Notes: a model not told the origin generated them from the sequence alone. Positions 7,876 to 16,755 are shown, counted from the stretch's first letter. The stretch: 20,000 bases of DNA from an uncultured virus (IMG/VR IMGVR_UViG_3300008450_000021) (IMGVR_UViG_3300008450_000021), one strand, 5' to 3'. Made by a program: numbers and translations.

Positions 7876-7908
7876 CAAAGATAATAAAGGTACCTTGCCA
7901 ATAAATAT
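7876..7908 (-). promoter_or_regulatory. Tandem ATATTTAT motif and Bacteroidota -7 element
   Basis: Minus strand ATATTTAT-t-GGCAA-N11-TATCTTTG; the latter is a perfect TAnnTTTG. Confidence 0.55.
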
Positions 7909-8645
7909 TATAAAGCTATATTCTCAGCTGTTTTTTCAGATACAGTGTGATATCTACCGCATTTTTTACATTGCATTTGTACACGAATTGTTCCTAATGC
8001 TGACATTCTACGTTTAGAGAATGTCCATTTATTTGAACCGCATGTAGGGCAATCTGTTTTGTCTTCACTAACGCTACTTTTTTCAGGAAAATGTGGTGCT
8101 AATTTATTGTATACTTTTTCTAACAATTCAACATCACCTTTACAATATTCTACCATTTTTTCCATGGCTTCTTTATCTTTATTTAAGACAATGTCTTTCC
8201 ATAAATTAAAACCAGTGCTGATTTTAGCACCTAAACCTAAAAACTGAGCAATGTAATCTAATTTATTGCTATTAAATTTAAATTTAGATCTGGCGTATTT
8301 TAACGTATCTATTGTAGTATATGACGGAAATAAAGAGATGCCATGATATAGGCATCTAGTTCTAACCCACGGTAAATCGTATTTATCACCGTTATGTCCT
8401 ACTAATTCATCAGCTTCATTAGCTATTTTAATGAATTTTTCTAGTAGACTTTTATCGTTTTGTTTAGCATCCCAAGTTAAAGAGTGTACTTCTTTTTCGT
8501 CAGCCCATTTGTAACAAATACAAATGATAGCTCTTTCTTTTATAATATTGTCGTGACCTATATTTAATCTATAACCTGCGGTCCAAAACAAACCAATGTT
8601 TGGGCTTGTTTCAATATCAAAAAAGAGTCTTTTTACTTTACTCAT
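7908..8645 (-). CDS. RNase H-like / DnaQ-family 3'-5' exonuclease (RNase_H_2/YprB-like) with C-terminal zinc ribbon
   Basis: ExoI FFDIETS, ExoII VGHNGDKYDLP, TIDTL, KLDYIAQFLG, ExoIII YCKGDV; C-terminal CPTC...CKKC. Confidence 0.88.
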   Translation of the reverse strand: MSKVKRLFFDIETSPNIGLFWTAGYRLNIGHDNIIKERAIICICYKWADEKEVHSLTWDAKQNDKSLLEKFIKIANEADELVGHNGDKYDLPWVRTRCLYHGISLFPSYTTIDTLKYARSKFKFNSNKLDYIAQFLGLGAKISTGFNLWKDIVLNKDKEAMEKMVEYCKGDVELLEKVYNKLAPHFPEKSSVSEDKTDCPTCGSNKWTFSKRRMSALGTIRVQMQCKKCGRYHTVSEKTAENIAL

Positions 8646-8657
8646 ATGATTTTTTTT

Positions 8658-8689
8658 AAAATATAAAACTTATTTTTTGCCTATCCAAA
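8658..8689 (-). promoter_or_regulatory. Bacteroidota sigma-A-like promoter of the exonuclease
   Basis: TTTG-gata-GGCAA-N11-TATATTTT (20-nt spacer). Confidence 0.5.
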
Positions 8690-8691
8690 TT

Positions 8692-9219
8692 TTAGGCAGC
8701 AGGAGTTTCCTCAGGTGCTGGCGTTTCTTCAGGGGTAGGTACTTCTGAAGGTGGGGCTTCAGGTGTTGGAGGAATACTTCCTGCTTCTAAATCAGCTTTA
8801 ATATCAGTATTACGTTGTGATGCTAATTCTTCTGCTGACTCTTTAGGAGCATAATTTAGTTCAAGTAAATCTGCTATTGCTTGTGATGCTCTTTCAGATT
8901 CTCCTATGTTAATTGGATTATATTTTTTTCCAGATACTTTTACAACAAAATTATTTTTTCCTAAATATATCATTGTAAAGTCTTGTCCATTAATTAACCC
9001 AATACCAAATGTAGTTGGTTTAGGAGCTATTAATGAAACATCTGCTATATATCGTCCAAAAGCAGGTGACATTAATTCTTCTAATGTTTTCTTCAAACCA
9101 GGAAAGCGATGTATTAAATACATTGCTTTTTCAGCTTGTTTTTGTTGCTGTTCTTCTTCCTTTAAAGCCATACGAACAGCTTTTTTAATATATTTTTCTA
9201 ATAACAGAGTCTTATTCAT
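8692..9219 (-). CDS. Hypothetical protein with leader and Pro/Glu-rich C-terminus
   Basis: Starts [21 protein letters not shown]; ends in [25 protein letters not shown]. Confidence 0.75.
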   Translation of the reverse strand: MNKTLLLEKYIKKAVRMALKEEEQQQKQAEKAMYLIHRFPGLKKTLEELMSPAFGRYIADVSLIAPKPTTFGIGLINGQDFTMIYLGKNNFVVKVSGKKYNPINIGESERASQAIADLLELNYAPKESAEELASQRNTDIKADLEAGSIPPTPEAPPSEVPTPEETPAPEETPAA

Positions 9220-9679
9220 CGTCTCTTAATTCATGAAAACCTTGAGCTGCTTGCTCAATATAGTTTTCAGCATTGGTAATATGATCTTGAATCCATCCTG
9301 GGATGTTACGTTCTACTGTTCCTATCTTTTGAGACAATTCCATAGCTGCTTTAGCAATAGCTTCTAAACTATTTTGAGCCATAGCAACTTCATGATCCAT
9401 ACCTTCTTTTTTAATATTTTTAGATATTGTCTTACGGCGATTTAAAAGATATTTATCTGTTTTATCAACTTTACCGTCATTGTTTATATCTTTATCTTCT
9501 TTACCTACTGGGTCTAAAGCTTCTTCTTTTTTACCTTTACCCATGGCTTTAGCTGTAGCTATAGGACCTGCTTTTTCAGGAGACATCCCTGAGTCAACTA
9601 AGGCATCGTAAATTTCTCCACGCTTTTTCTTTTGGCTAGGAGTCATTTTTTTCTCTAGTAAATCGATTAATTTTATCAT
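9212..9679 (-). CDS. Leader-bearing protein with an EF-hand/dockerin-like Ca2+-binding loop
   Basis: Starts [21 protein letters not shown] fits the DxNxDGxxDxxD pattern. Confidence 0.75.
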   Translation of the reverse strand: MIKLIDLLEKKMTPSQKKKRGEIYDALVDSGMSPEKAGPIATAKAMGKGKKEEALDPVGKEDKDINNDGKVDKTDKYLLNRRKTISKNIKKEGMDHEVAMAQNSLEAIAKAAMELSQKIGTVERNIPGWIQDHITNAENYIEQAAQGFHELRDDE

Positions 9680-10053
9680 TTTAAAAAGCGTAATTTATAG
9701 ATGGTTGAATTAATAAGAGCAACAACTTCATCAATTTGATTTTGAATATATGAATCTTGGCAAAGCATTGTTCTACTTTTTTCAATATAAGAACAAAGTA
9801 CAGTAAAATACATAATGATACCTTCACAGCTTTGATATTCTTGTAAAGCAACATTTGTATACCCAGTAACGATACCGTATTTACCTTGATATGATTCTAC
9901 TATACCGTCAGTTATACCTACAATTTCATCATAATATTCATTTAATGCTTTATGAGCAGCAAATGAAGGTGTTTGTAGATGAAATACATGAGCCTGCGTA
10001 CGAGACGCCATTAACGTAGAAACAAATTGACCCATTAATGCGTTATGTTCCAT
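9676..10053 (-). CDS. Ferritin/Dps-like four-helix protein (DUF5856-like)
   Basis: [24 protein letters not shown]...[12 protein letters not shown]...QNQIDEV...TIYKLRFL, the His/Glu pattern of phage Dps-like proteins. Confidence 0.75.
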   Translation of the reverse strand: MEHNALMGQFVSTLMASRTQAHVFHLQTPSFAAHKALNEYYDEIVGITDGIVESYQGKYGIVTGYTNVALQEYQSCEGIIMYFTVLCSYIEKSRTMLCQDSYIQNQIDEVVALINSTIYKLRFLK

Positions 10054-10057
10054 TATT

Positions 10058-10741
10058 TTATTTTTTAACTACTTTTTTTAGTATAGCACCAGCTACTTTT
10101 TGACCTGCTTCTTTTGAACCGTATTTTTTAGCTGCTGATTTAGCTATTTTGGCAAATCCTTTACCAGGTTTACCTACGTCTTCACCTTTTTCAAAGCGAG
10201 CTTCTTCCATTTTTTTATCATCGCCTTTTGGTAGACCTTTTTTGTAACTTCTATATGCGCTACCTATTGCTGCTCCTATTCCACCTACAGTTCCAGCAGC
10301 TGCTGCAATTTGTCCTATGAGTTCTCCTACTGAGATATTCATGGATTTGGCTAAATCTGTAAGAGGTCCCATAATTTCTGACGAGAGACCTTCGTTTATT
10401 TTTTTAGCTTCGTCTAATTCTTTTTTTTCAGATTTTTTAGGACCTTTAGAATTTTTATCCATTGTTTTTTTCTGGTCTTCTAGATCTTTTTTCTTAGTTT
10501 GTAATTCTTTAATACTAGCTTCCATATCATCCATCATATCACCTATAATTTCTGAGGAAACATAATATTTTAAACCATCCATTGATGTTAATGCTGTTTT
10601 AACAGACATAGCATCTTTAATATCTTCGTCTACTTTTTTAATTTTAGCTTCCAAAGCAGCTATATCACCAGCCTCGTCTATCATTTTGATACGGTCAGCA
10701 ATTGCTTCTTTAATTAATTTCTTTAATTCGGATTGTTTCAT
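10058..10741 (-). CDS. Leader-bearing coiled-coil protein with basic C-terminus; putative virion-internal protein
   Basis: Starts MKQSELKKLIKEAI; coiled-coil segment, Gly/Ala-rich hydrophobic stretch, and Lys-rich tail GKGFAKIAKSAAKKYGSKEAGQKVAGAILKK. Confidence 0.75.
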   Translation of the reverse strand: MKQSELKKLIKEAIADRIKMIDEAGDIAALEAKIKKVDEDIKDAMSVKTALTSMDGLKYYVSSEIIGDMMDDMEASIKELQTKKKDLEDQKKTMDKNSKGPKKSEKKELDEAKKINEGLSSEIMGPLTDLAKSMNISVGELIGQIAAAAGTVGGIGAAIGSAYRSYKKGLPKGDDKKMEEARFEKGEDVGKPGKGFAKIAKSAAKKYGSKEAGQKVAGAILKKVVKK

Positions 10742-10757
10742 GGTATTGTTATTTTAT

Positions 10758-10765
10758 ATAAATAT
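10758..10765 (-). promoter_or_regulatory. ATATTTAT motif (putative late promoter)
   Basis: Minus strand TAATATTTATA, 16 nt before ATG 10741, heading a block that includes three leader-bearing genes. Confidence 0.5.
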
Positions 10766-13359
10766 TAACTATTTTTTATTTCTTCAATATGTTTTTTCAA
10801 TTCGTCAACTCTATCAGGATTACGTTCGATATATTCATTGAATATATAATTGCGTATTTCTGTTAAATTACGTTGTCTTAATGCGGCTACCAAATTAGCA
10901 GGACTATCTAATTGAAATGCACCGTTTTGTGTTAATAACCAGTGGCTATTTCCTGGTTGGGCTACTATAGATGCTACTAAATTGCCTGATTCTAATTGGA
11001 TACCATATATGGCACTAGGGCCTACTATTCGTACATAATCAACGTGACCCAAATTACCTAATAGATTATCGCGGCGTGATACTCCTCTATCTGTATTTAA
11101 ATTTCCTCTAGTAGAATCACCGAAGAATTTAGCACGGATATTTACAGGTAATTGGTTAAATGAATTTAATAAATTACTATTTTCTAAAGTAGTTTGTAAA
11201 TCATCACTTATATTACCTTCAATTGGTCTATTAGCACCACCTGCTGGTCTTCCTCTTCTACCGGTTCCTGCTGCTGGTACTCGTTCACCTGCTCCTAATT
11301 GAGCTGGTGTTGGGCGAGGAGTAGTTGTTCTAGGAGCTCTAGCTTGTAATACTCTTCCTGTTTTTTCTGATATTCTAAAACTTTCTGCAGGGTTAGCTGT
11401 GTTTACAATGTATATTTTGTTATCTACTACTTTTAATCTATATGTAGAATCTTCTGTGTATGGTAAATCAGGGATACTAGCTAATGCTAGTTTATCTTTA
11501 TATCCTACTTGCCATTGGTTTTGTGAAAATATACTTCTAGTAGTATTGTTGTCCAATTTTATATTATTATCATTTAAAAATTGTTTATATGCTAAACCTA
11601 CTTCAGGACTATAAGAAAATCTTATTTCTTCCATTTTATCTGTTTCATCCGAATATCTAAAAGCTTTAAACTTAAAAGAAGAAGGAATATCAAACACGTA
11701 TAAGTTTCCATCATACGTAGATATACCTTCTACTCCTCTCATCAATTTACTTTTAGGAACATTAGATAATATCTTAGAAGAAATTTCACTATTAAATAAA
11801 GGTGATTTATTAAAAATAGAAGTTATTAAATTATTTTGAACTTCTTCATTTGATGCTGCTTCTTCAACAAATTTATTTTTAGCAGCTATTACATTTTCAT
11901 TACTAGTATCAGCAGGAATAATACTGTTTCCTTCAACTTGGTATATTTTAAGTCTATTTCCTGAGGTATCAAAAAGTACTTCAGTATCTCCTATTTTTAT
12001 TATTTTCTTTGATATATCGTTAGATGTTCTAGCTTTATCAATAATTCCGCTTATTGCGGTATTATCTAAATTGTTTGCCTGTATAGCACGTGCTAGTGAA
12101 TCTAAAGGTATATCACTTATGTTTGGGTAATCAAATAAATATTTTTGTGTTCTTTTAGATAATTTAACATCCTTATATGTTTCTTCTTCAGTAATAACGT
12201 CAATGTATGTTCCTGTTCTATCGTATGATATATTTACTATAGTTCTACCATCTTCAGTTACATAAAGATTATAATTACTATCAGTAGGTACTTTACCAGT
12301 TTTAACTAAAGCTTTAGCAAAATCAAAGTTAAACTCTTTGTTCAAGATATTTTCTCCAGTAACATTTATAGGATGACCGGGAGCATTAACTTTTGCTAAT
12401 AATGATTTTTGGTATTCTGGTTTAAATATTTCTATCTGTTTTAATAAATTATCAAAACCAAGAATCCACGGATTTTGAAATATCCATTCTGCTAATTTAT
12501 CATATTTAGGAAGAACTTTAACAATAAATGAGTCAGTAGATAAATCCCTAAATAATTCATTGCTTGAATATCTACTTGCTATATAAGAACCTCTTACAGA
12601 TATGTAAAGTTTTTTCTCTTCAAAATCTAAATCATTAGCCCATTCTCTAAAACTAATACCATTTTTAAATCTTTTTTCTACATTTATTTCTGCTTGACTT
12701 ATAGGAATATGCTTAAGAATACTTTTTACATTATCTATAGAATTTAAATAAGGTACTTCATCAAGTAATTTATCAAAATCCATTTCTTTAGATTCATGAG
12801 GACTATTTTTACGATTAGTATAAACATATCGTCCATTATTTCTTGCTTGAATAGCAACGAAACTAAGAGGATCACTATCTGGGAGATTGGTATTTCTAAC
12901 TAAGTAAAAGTTAGGATATCCTCTTCCGGGGTCAAATCGATAATTTCCAAATGATCCTCTAGTAATACACCATCTTTCTCCAGCACCATATCTTACACAT
13001 TTTCCTTCTACATCACCGTTATATATAACAATACCATCTTCATTATACACCATATCTGGAGTAGGTACTATAGTAACTTTTTCTTTTTCAAAGCCTGGTT
13101 TAGATGAAACTATTTTTAGTAGTTGTTTTAATGAGTACTTACTTAAATCTTTTTCAGAGACGTTTGGGTCTTGCTTAAATTTAGTATCAAAAACAGTAAT
13201 AGCCTTTTTAATTTCATCATCAGAAATAGTTATATTAAAGTCTTCTGCTTCTTCCTTAAATTTCTGGGTTAATGCTTGTACCACTTTTTCACTCATTGCC
13301 TCAGTTAGAAAAGGCCAATTAAGTACTACATGTTCTATTAATATGTGTATATTATTCAT
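10765..13359 (-). CDS. Large hypothetical protein (864 aa) with a YG...WCI motif and an AT-hook-like motif
   Basis: CVRYGAGERWCITRGSFGNY motif; low-complexity Pro/Arg/Gly linker containing GRRGRP; N-terminus ends ...PFLTE-A. Confidence 0.8.
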   Translation of the reverse strand: MNNIHILIEHVVLNWPFLTEAMSEKVVQALTQKFKEEAEDFNITISDDEIKKAITVFDTKFKQDPNVSEKDLSKYSLKQLLKIVSSKPGFEKEKVTIVPTPDMVYNEDGIVIYNGDVEGKCVRYGAGERWCITRGSFGNYRFDPGRGYPNFYLVRNTNLPDSDPLSFVAIQARNNGRYVYTNRKNSPHESKEMDFDKLLDEVPYLNSIDNVKSILKHIPISQAEINVEKRFKNGISFREWANDLDFEEKKLYISVRGSYIASRYSSNELFRDLSTDSFIVKVLPKYDKLAEWIFQNPWILGFDNLLKQIEIFKPEYQKSLLAKVNAPGHPINVTGENILNKEFNFDFAKALVKTGKVPTDSNYNLYVTEDGRTIVNISYDRTGTYIDVITEEETYKDVKLSKRTQKYLFDYPNISDIPLDSLARAIQANNLDNTAISGIIDKARTSNDISKKIIKIGDTEVLFDTSGNRLKIYQVEGNSIIPADTSNENVIAAKNKFVEEAASNEEVQNNLITSIFNKSPLFNSEISSKILSNVPKSKLMRGVEGISTYDGNLYVFDIPSSFKFKAFRYSDETDKMEEIRFSYSPEVGLAYKQFLNDNNIKLDNNTTRSIFSQNQWQVGYKDKLALASIPDLPYTEDSTYRLKVVDNKIYIVNTANPAESFRISEKTGRVLQARAPRTTTPRPTPAQLGAGERVPAAGTGRRGRPAGGANRPIEGNISDDLQTTLENSNLLNSFNQLPVNIRAKFFGDSTRGNLNTDRGVSRRDNLLGNLGHVDYVRIVGPSAIYGIQLESGNLVASIVAQPGNSHWLLTQNGAFQLDSPANLVAALRQRNLTEIRNYIFNEYIERNPDRVDELKKHIEEIKNS

Positions 13360-13568
13360 TGTGATTTGTTAACTTTAGAGCGCAATAAGAAATATAACCC
13401 AAGAAACAACCCCGCAGCTAGGTAAAAAAGTAAATCCGTAATCCAATAAGAACCGGTCAAGGTCATTATTAGTTTGAACAACACGTCGAATCCAAGAGGA
13501 TTGAAAAACATTGCTGCCATTAGGCAGAAAGTTGCTAAGTTGCTTAAAAATTGTTTTCTCCAGGTCAT
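13356..13568 (-). CDS. Small two-TM membrane protein
   Basis: Two hydrophobic segments and a basic C-terminus; ATGA overlap with the downstream gene supports this frame over 13375..13596. Confidence 0.65.
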   Translation of the reverse strand: MTWRKQFLSNLATFCLMAAMFFNPLGFDVLFKLIMTLTGSYWITDLLFYLAAGLFLGLYFLLRSKVNKSQ

Positions 13569-13599
13569 TAATTTTGTTTCTACTACCAGGTTCCATATA

Positions 13600-14022
13600 T
13601 TATTTATTTAAACGAACAGTAGCAGCTTTAGTATTTTTTACAAACTGTTTGCCTTTTTTGCTACCGGCTACTTTTTTTCGTGATGTAGCAGCACGTTCGG
13701 CTTTAGTTAAACTTTGAGCCTTTTTACGTGGTAAACAACGCGTGGTTGCTTTACCTTTTTTCATTGTCCCGCAAGGTCCCGTAATATTACCTTGTGTATC
13801 TATTCTTACCCAATCTTCTTTTTTAAACCAATCACGAAGTGATTCATGCATGTCCAAATCATCTTCTTCCATTAAACCTTTACATACTTTAACAGCACGA
13901 CCAGAAAGATAAGCGGATGGTTTTTCACCAGCAGCTATACGACGATTATAATAAGCTTTGCCTTTAGGGCATAGCTTTTTTTCTGTTAATATTTCGTTTA
14001 GTATGTCTGTTAGTTTAATCAT
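13600..14022 (-). CDS. Basic protein with MIKL-type leader (DUF5872-like C-terminal half)
   Basis: Starts MIKLTDILNEILTE; SLRDWFKKEDWVRI...CLPRKKAQSLTKAERAATSRKK. Confidence 0.75.
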   Translation of the reverse strand: MIKLTDILNEILTEKKLCPKGKAYYNRRIAAGEKPSAYLSGRAVKVCKGLMEEDDLDMHESLRDWFKKEDWVRIDTQGNITGPCGTMKKGKATTRCLPRKKAQSLTKAERAATSRKKVAGSKKGKQFVKNTKAATVRLNK

Positions 14023-14279
14023 GATTTATGTATCTTTAGTTTTAACGTACCTGTACCTTTAATAACGCGATGCCAAGTATGTCTCTCAATAAATATTGGC
14101 TGATTCATGGAAGTCGGCAGCTGGTTATCAAGCTGTATTTTCCAGTCAGTTTCACCTATAATTTGCAGTGTGCGATTTTCATCATCGCGATGCCACATTA
14201 ATTCGATAGGATCTATATTTTCGTTAAATTCACGAATAATGTAGGTATCTGTAGTTTCTAAATCAGTATAGGGATGCAT
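14019..14279 (-). CDS. Small cupin-fold protein
   Basis: LMWHRDDENR and IFIERHTWHRVIKG fit cupin motif 1 and motif 2 His patterns. Confidence 0.65.
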   Translation of the reverse strand: MHPYTDLETTDTYIIREFNENIDPIELMWHRDDENRTLQIIGETDWKIQLDNQLPTSMNQPIFIERHTWHRVIKGTGTLKLKIHKS

Positions 14280-14524
14280 TACTTCTTAGGATGAAACCAA
14301 TTACTACAATATTTTGATGGGTCTTTGATAGATTCTTTGGTTTTTGGATTTATTAAATCCTCAGTACCCATAAGTTTTTGGTAATACTTATTTTTACATT
14401 TGTGTTTACCTTCTTCCTGATAATGGTATTCACATACGTGACAACCAAAGCCTATGGATGAATACATGTATGATGGGTATTCCTCACCTTCATGTTCTTT
14501 TAATATATCTGTTAGTTTAATCAT
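14279..14524 (-). CDS. Leader-bearing small Cys-rich protein (CxxC...C...C), possible Fe-S/Zn binder
   Basis: Starts MIKLTDILKE; GCHVCEYH...HKCKN...YCSNWF. Confidence 0.7.
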   Translation of the reverse strand: MIKLTDILKEHEGEEYPSYMYSSIGFGCHVCEYHYQEEGKHKCKNKYYQKLMGTEDLINPKTKESIKDPSKYCSNWFHPKK

Positions 14525-14868
14525 TTGTTTAATCGTTTAGTTTTTTCTTTAGATGCTTCTTTACGTTTAGTAATATATTCTAATCCTCTTTTTAATCTTG
14601 CTTTTACTTCAGGATCTTTTGCTTTACCATAAGCTGCTCTAACACGTTGGTGAATTAAATTAATAATTTGTGATTGTCTAGCGTGTGATTTAGATTTGAA
14701 TGATGTTTTAGATAATGTATCTTTTATATCTTGAACTGTTTTAAATTTAACACGAACAGTATCAGATGGATCTTCATCTGTGTATAAGCGACGACCTGAT
14801 CCTTTAGGTTTTTTACCTGTGCCTACTTTAGGGTCTCTTTCTAATAATAAATCTGTTAGTTTGATCAT
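14521..14868 (-). CDS. Basic protein with MIKL-type leader
   Basis: Starts MIKLTDLLLE; DPKVGTGKKPKGSGRRLYTDEDP; very Lys/Arg-rich. Confidence 0.78.
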   Translation of the reverse strand: MIKLTDLLLERDPKVGTGKKPKGSGRRLYTDEDPSDTVRVKFKTVQDIKDTLSKTSFKSKSHARQSQIINLIHQRVRAAYGKAKDPEVKARLKRGLEYITKRKEASKEKTKRLNK

Positions 14869-14880
14869 TTGTTTATTTAT

Positions 14881-15495
14881 TTAAATACTGTATAAATGCT
14901 CTACTACAGTACGTTTTACTATTCTTCTAACAGCATTTACCTGTTCTATTTTACTTTTAGCAGTTATATCACCATTTTTCCAATAATTAACAGCTTGTTG
15001 ATATGATTCATTTATATGTTCCATTCGTTTTTGAATATTGGCTTCTGCTACATCTTCAATACGATTCATAACTACTGAATATTCAGGTGTATTATCAATT
15101 TTATATTGGTTATTGAATAAATCTTGTAATTTATTTATAAATGATTGTGATTTATAAATATTGGTTTTGGTATCAGTATTACCTGATATCTCTATAGATT
15201 TAGGATGTTTATTTTGAATAAAATCTGCTAATATTTTATATGAAGTAGCAGTTATTTGTTTCCACGCTTCTGGTGTAGTGTTTTGATTATTATCTGTAAA
15301 AGACCAAGCTATGGTCCATTTATTGTTTTGTATATCTATTCTTCTAAAGTAATATTCTGCTTCAATATCTTGTCCATTTCCTACAACGTATTTAGTATCA
15401 GATATTTTTTCTATATTAGGTAAAGGTTTATCGAACATTTCTAATATTCGACTTAACTCTTCTTTAATATATTTTTTTAAATATGTTACTTTCAT
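14881..15495 (-). CDS. Hypothetical protein with leader
   Basis: Starts MKVTYLKKYIKEELSRILE; preceded by ATATTTAT. Confidence 0.75.
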   Translation of the reverse strand: MKVTYLKKYIKEELSRILEMFDKPLPNIEKISDTKYVVGNGQDIEAEYYFRRIDIQNNKWTIAWSFTDNNQNTTPEAWKQITATSYKILADFIQNKHPKSIEISGNTDTKTNIYKSQSFINKLQDLFNNQYKIDNTPEYSVVMNRIEDVAEANIQKRMEHINESYQQAVNYWKNGDITAKSKIEQVNAVRRIVKRTVVEHLYSI

Positions 15496-15500
15496 TACTT

Positions 15501-15508
15501 ATAAATAT
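15501..15508 (-). promoter_or_regulatory. ATATTTAT motif (putative late promoter)
   Basis: Minus strand GATATTTATA fills the 14-nt gap before ATG 15495. Confidence 0.5.
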
Positions 15509-15509
15509 C

Positions 15510-16157
15510 CTACCAATAACCGCTAAAGCTGGTCTTAAAACCCAAGAGCTTGCTGTACCTGGGGAGCCTACAACTCCAATACGACGCCTTAGTTCTGTCT
15601 TTTTTATTTTTACAATCATGACGAGCAGCAAACGCTTTACGTGCTTTTGGGTTATTTAATTTAGCACGTAATCCTGTAGTATCACCAAACGATACTTTTT
15701 TAATTCCGCCTCCTGGTTTACGAACGTAAACGTAGAATTTTTTAGATCCACCACGTTTTGGTTTACCAATAGGCGGTGTTTTTTTCTTTTGTTTAGCGGC
15801 CTCAGTAATTAATTCATCAATACTGATTGGATAATCAAGTGGAACAGTTATCCCATTATATTCACCAAACTCACCTATATTAGATTCTAATAATTCAGCA
15901 TCGTCTTCAACTACAGATAATAAACCTTTGTTGTATAATTCACGTGCTTCACGGAATAATTCAAAATAATTTTTAGATAATGGGCGGTAAACATTATGAA
16001 TTAACATTTTACCTTCTCTGATGTGGTATTTTAATCCTTCAGATAAAACTAAATTATTAGTAGATTCTGTTAGGACTAATTTAGGACCATTACACCCACA
16101 ATCATCTTCTTTAAATAATTCTTCTTGTATTATTTGGCGTAGTGTTGATATTTTCAT
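15510..16157 (-). CDS. Leader-bearing protein with a basic C-terminal domain (KKVSFG...FAARH.C...YWSC)
   Basis: Starts MKISTLRQIIQEELFKE; C-terminal KKFYVYVR...KKVSFGD...ARKAFAARHDC...ASYWSC, a domain I recognise from large phage and giant virus hypothetical proteins. Confidence 0.78.
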   Translation of the reverse strand: MKISTLRQIIQEELFKEDDCGCNGPKLVLTESTNNLVLSEGLKYHIREGKMLIHNVYRPLSKNYFELFREARELYNKGLLSVVEDDAELLESNIGEFGEYNGITVPLDYPISIDELITEAAKQKKKTPPIGKPKRGGSKKFYVYVRKPGGGIKKVSFGDTTGLRAKLNNPKARKAFAARHDCKNKKDRTKASYWSCRLPRYSKLLGFKTSFSGYW

Positions 16158-16161
16158 ACCA

Positions 16162-16169
16162 ATAAATAT
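16162..16169 (-). promoter_or_regulatory. ATATTTAT motif (putative late promoter)
   Basis: Minus strand TATATTTATT fills the 13-nt gap before ATG 16157. Confidence 0.5.
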
Positions 16170-16170
16170 A

Positions 16171-16755
16171 TTACTTAATACTGTCCTTAAGTTTTTGTAT
16201 GTATTCTTGAATATCTTTAATTATTTCTTGCTCATCTACACCTTTACCTTTCCATTCTTCAACATCTCCACTTTCAGTTACGAATGAACCTTCGTTAATA
16301 CCTAATGATAATTCAAGTAGTATATCTTCCATTTCTTTAATATGTACTTCAACACCGCGAGATAATATGCTTTTTTGGTATTCCTCAAATTTACCTATGC
16401 GTTTTAGTTCGGTTTCATGCGCTATAACGCAATCAGAACATTTTTTATGGATACTGTACATATGTTTATCTAAACGGCCTTTATTCATGGCTCGTTTACA
16501 TTCAGGGCATGTTAGCGGCATTTGTAATATACTCTTAACCAAATCTAGTTTAGTTATGGTCATCTTTATACCATTTTTAATGGTCCATGTTTTGCCATTT
16601 TCTTCCCACACATCACCCTCTTTATAGTCTGTTTGTGCTTTGGTATAACCTACTTGTGTTACAGTTTTATCTGTATAATTTTTAGAAACTAAGTTACGCA
16701 AACGTTGCACATCGCGTTCCTTAAATTCTTTTTTCAATAACGATTCATTGCTCAT
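16171..16755 (-). CDS. Hypothetical protein with a CxxC...CxxC zinc finger
   Basis: EGDVWEENGKTWTIKNG; CPEC...CSDC. Confidence 0.78.
   Translation of the reverse strand: MSNESLLKKEFKERDVQRLRNLVSKNYTDKTVTQVGYTKAQTDYKEGDVWEENGKTWTIKNGIKMTITKLDLVKSILQMPLTCPECKRAMNKGRLDKHMYSIHKKCSDCVIAHETELKRIGKFEEYQKSILSRGVEVHIKEMEDILLELSLGINEGSFVTESGDVEEWKGKGVDEQEIIKDIQEYIQKLKDSIK

Larger units (their letters stand above)
14006..14868 (-). repeat. Three copies of a 17-nt start-of-gene repeat ATGAT(T/C)AAACTAACAGA
   Basis: Copies at 14006-14022 and 14508-14524 are identical; 14852-14868 has one mismatch. All encode MIKLTD. Confidence 0.85.

Noticed and set aside
13356..13568. Holin call for the small membrane protein
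   Set aside because: The topology is compatible, but there is no endolysin nearby and no recognisable family motif.
13375..13596. Alternative minus-strand ORF of 73 aa
   Set aside because: It overlaps 13356..13568 in another frame; the latter has a coherent two-TM profile and an ATGA overlap with the next gene. Not strictly excluded.
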